NCBI GenBank assembly: GCA_905178155.1
Contig: CAJINV010000005.1
Span: 6,495,507 to 6,559,506, forward strand
DNA length: 64,000 nucleotides
From: Amoebophrya sp. A120
Lineage: Eukaryota; Protista; Dinoflagellata
Direction of reading: 5' to 3'
Part shown: piece after piece, positions 61,257 to 64,000 of the stretch
Layout: each line of letters starts with the position of its first letter
Numbering within the stretch: position 1 is the first letter of the stretch
Position numbers and translations under genes: made by a program
Notes under the pieces: generated by a model
The model's input: only the letters and a program-made list of their open reading frames with translations
Told to the model about the DNA's origin: nothing
The model's database searches: none

Positions 61257-63011
61257 GCTTAGCACGAGCTCGCAGCTGGTGCAAAAGTCTCTTCGCATAG
61301 CCGACCACGTAGCGGAAGACATTGAGCGAGACGCAACCTGCTTCCCGCAGGGAAGCTAGACACACCGGCCCCGGCTTCCTGGGTGCGGGTCTCAACGCAG
61401 TTAGGTTGGCCAGCAGCTAGCTAGCTACCGCGCGCGCCCCTCAGCGCTCGCAAGCACCAGGCGCAACGGCGCAACCCTGAGGCGCGGGTGGCGCGTCAGA
61501 GCACGCGGCCACTGCAGCAATAGGGACGCACGCCAAGCGCAGGCGCTGACAGCACGAAGGGCCGCGACTGCCGAGAACCAACAAGAGGAAGCCGGGAGCT
61601 GCCCCAGTTCTTCGCCCGCTTGGCTGGACTGCTGTGTGTGGTGGCACCGTCCGGCTTAGCCGAGGGACCCGCAATCTTTAGTAGCTTGTCTTCTCTCTGT
61701 CTTCCGCATCGCGCGGGCCTTGTGAGGAATGCAAGCCCAGACGGGAGAGCATTGCGGCGCCCCTCCTCTTCTGTCTAAGAAGCTAGGCAGGCGAGGAGGG
61801 CGCAAAGCATCCGCGGAAGCGCAGGATGCCCCCCGGCCGCATCACCTACAGGCTAGTAGCTCGTGCCCGATGTGTGCCGGCACTTCGCGGCAAAATCGAG
61901 CAACACGGCGCCAGCAGCGAGAATCGCCTTGATGTGGCCGTCAGGAACAAGGAATAGAGATTGCCGGAGCGTTTAAGTACGCCCGCCCCCCTAGGGGTCG
62001 CATAGGCTCCTCCCGGCTCCAATGTTCACCTCTTGTGCTGTTCGCCGGGCCTAGCCAGATCCATCACGAACACAGAGGGTAGCTTCACACCCTTGCTCGT
62101 CCGTACATATCGTTTGGGTGGATCGCTTTCCCGGTGACACGATCAAAAATCGAGCGGCACGTACCCCAGACACAGGGCAAAGTGCGTCGTGTATGTATGT
62201 ATGTGTAGATACCTACGACCGATCTACTATCTCCTGTGTAGATTACCGAGAACAAGCCTATCTCCTGTTTAGCCTCGTAGAAAAAAGTCTGAACTCTTTT
62301 TCTTCACAGCCCTACGGTTATCGTTCGTCGAGCTGGAAGTCGTTTCATCTTCGTCCTTTCTGTTCCGTCTCGTTCAAACAACATGTCGTCACGTGCGAAA
62401 AATCATAATTGCTTGCGAACATCAACATCGTCGTTCTTTTCTTCTAGTAGGCTGATGTACTACAACTCGTGTTGCTCGTACAATGAGAACAAGTAGAGCC
62501 GAAATTTCGTCCTGCAGCTCGTTGTTCTGTTGCAGCTGCATTTGAAATTCTGAATCTCTGAACAAACCAGGTCGTTGTTGTAGTTGTTCCCAGCTTCAAC
62601 GCGTTGACCCTTGTTTTTTTGTTATTTCTCCTCTTGTCGAGACTCTTCCTAGAACTAGAAGCTTTTCTTTTTGACGCGGCCTTTTATTGCAAGAAGTCTT
62701 TGACAGTCTGTAGTTTTTTTGATTTCAGAACTTTGACCTCCAAAATTATGACGCGCTTCGCACTACGGGATACCAAGTATATTCTCCTCGCCGGCGCGCC
62801 GGCGTTGCATGCGGGCAGTATGAAAATAAAAAGTGCCTTTAAATTGTTGTGCCCCAGAACCGTGGCGAATTTTTTTGTGATGCGCAAAGGTACGTTCTAT
62901 ATCGGGTACTTATCAGCTTCGACGGCCCATACGTTGAACACCGAAAATTTAAATTTGTATAAACATTGCCTATGAAGATGCTGAAGTTACAATAAGACTG
63001 GTTGATATAAT

Positions 63012-63741
63012 TCTGGAGCAAAATGTGTCGCGTTGTGGACCTGAACATGCACTGCAGAGGGCTCTAACTCTACAGGCTTGCGTGGAGTTACCACCGGGGA
63101 CAGGATGGCTAGGAAAGCAGGGCGCCCTAGGTAGGGACGGGGCCCCAGGCTCCTTGTGTCAGGACACACAGTCCGACAGTCGGCGGCTTGATCGGTTTGC
63201 TCGGTCTCGGACGCTAATACTACTACGCGCTCACGGGCGCCACCGAGGGATGTGCGTTTTTTCCATTGCGATAGTCGACTTGGGTGTCGAGTTTTGTCAC
63301 TAGGAGGAGTGCGTTTTCGGACGAGGCAGCTGTGACGCTGATGCAGGGGAGCACGCACGGGGGCGAGTTTTTATTTATTTGGCTATGGCAATAATGAGTT
63401 ACACCTTTTGGACGAATCTAGATGAGGGCGCCGGACGAGCAACCTGTTTTTGCCGGATTGCCTTGAGGGGAAAAGGGCGGTCAGACACGCTGGGGGGCAT
63501 AGGTTTCTTGTTCGTCTAGGGGGTACAGAGGTACCTCCTGGCCTCGCCGCTGTTCTGGGGGGTCTTGCCCTGGGGGCCAGGTGGTGGTGGAGTGGGCCGT
63601 TCCCCGCTACGGAAGCTGGGCCAGCCCCAATAGGCGCGGTCCAATGGGCCGCTTGGGTGTGTGCTCTGGATAATTCTCGGAAGGAACGCAACGAAATCTG
63701 GAGCAAAATGTGTCGCGTTGTGGACCTGAACATGCACTGCA
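63012..63741. repeat. 45-bp perfect direct repeats flanking a 640-bp GC-rich insert
   Basis: TCTGGAGCAAAATGTGTCGCGTTGTGGACCTGAACATGCACTGCA at 63012-63056 and 63697-63741. Confidence 0.85.
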
Positions 63742-64000
63742 ATCTGAAAAATCTGGCATCTGAAATCTGAAAAAAGATACTGGCATTTTCGGCAAGGGCC
63801 GATGGTGTGATGGGTTTTGTAGCGAAAAATGCGTCACGTGCAGGCAGCTCCAGCCGCTTGGAAATTGAAAAAAAATGTTGAAAAAATGCGTTTTTTCGCA
63901 GCATGCAAGCGGCCGACAAAATTTACCGATTTTCTGCAGTCCCCGGAAGCCGCTTGGAAATTGAAAATGACAATTTTTGCTGAAAAAGCAAAAGCCGCTT

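Noticed and set aside
1-64000. Autonomous transposase or reverse transcriptase for the elements
   Set aside because: No ORF with recognisable transposase, recombinase or RT motifs; the DEDDh protein is an exonuclease.

Overview
Eukaryotic genomic DNA, most likely from the parasitic dinoflagellate Amoebophrya (Syndiniales). This is inferred from the intron architecture, not from a marker gene. Eight protein genes can be rebuilt by hand: four of unknown or uncertain function (one with EF-hand-like repeats), an RRM protein, a REX1-like DEDDh exonuclease, an HVA22/TB2/DP1 membrane protein and a GGACT/AIG2-like gamma-glutamylcyclotransferase. The dominant feature is 52 short (mostly 140-320 bp) insertions in at least 8 sequence families. 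They start TAT and end ATA (one variant), carry terminal inverted repeats (TIRs) and are flanked by a 5-bp target-site duplication (TSD). All lie inside coding sequence, they occur in both orientations, and only 5 can be read as GT-AG. Removing each element plus one TSD copy restores long open frames and intact domain motifs, so they behave as precisely removed, non-canonical transposon-derived introns (introners). An internal GCATGACA/TGTCATGC motif recurs across the families and is also present in most short GT-AG introns. GC-rich MITE-like and direct-repeat-flanked inserts occur in introns and intergenic DNA. No transposase, RNA gene or CRISPR array was seen. Coordinates were read by eye and may be off by a base or two.
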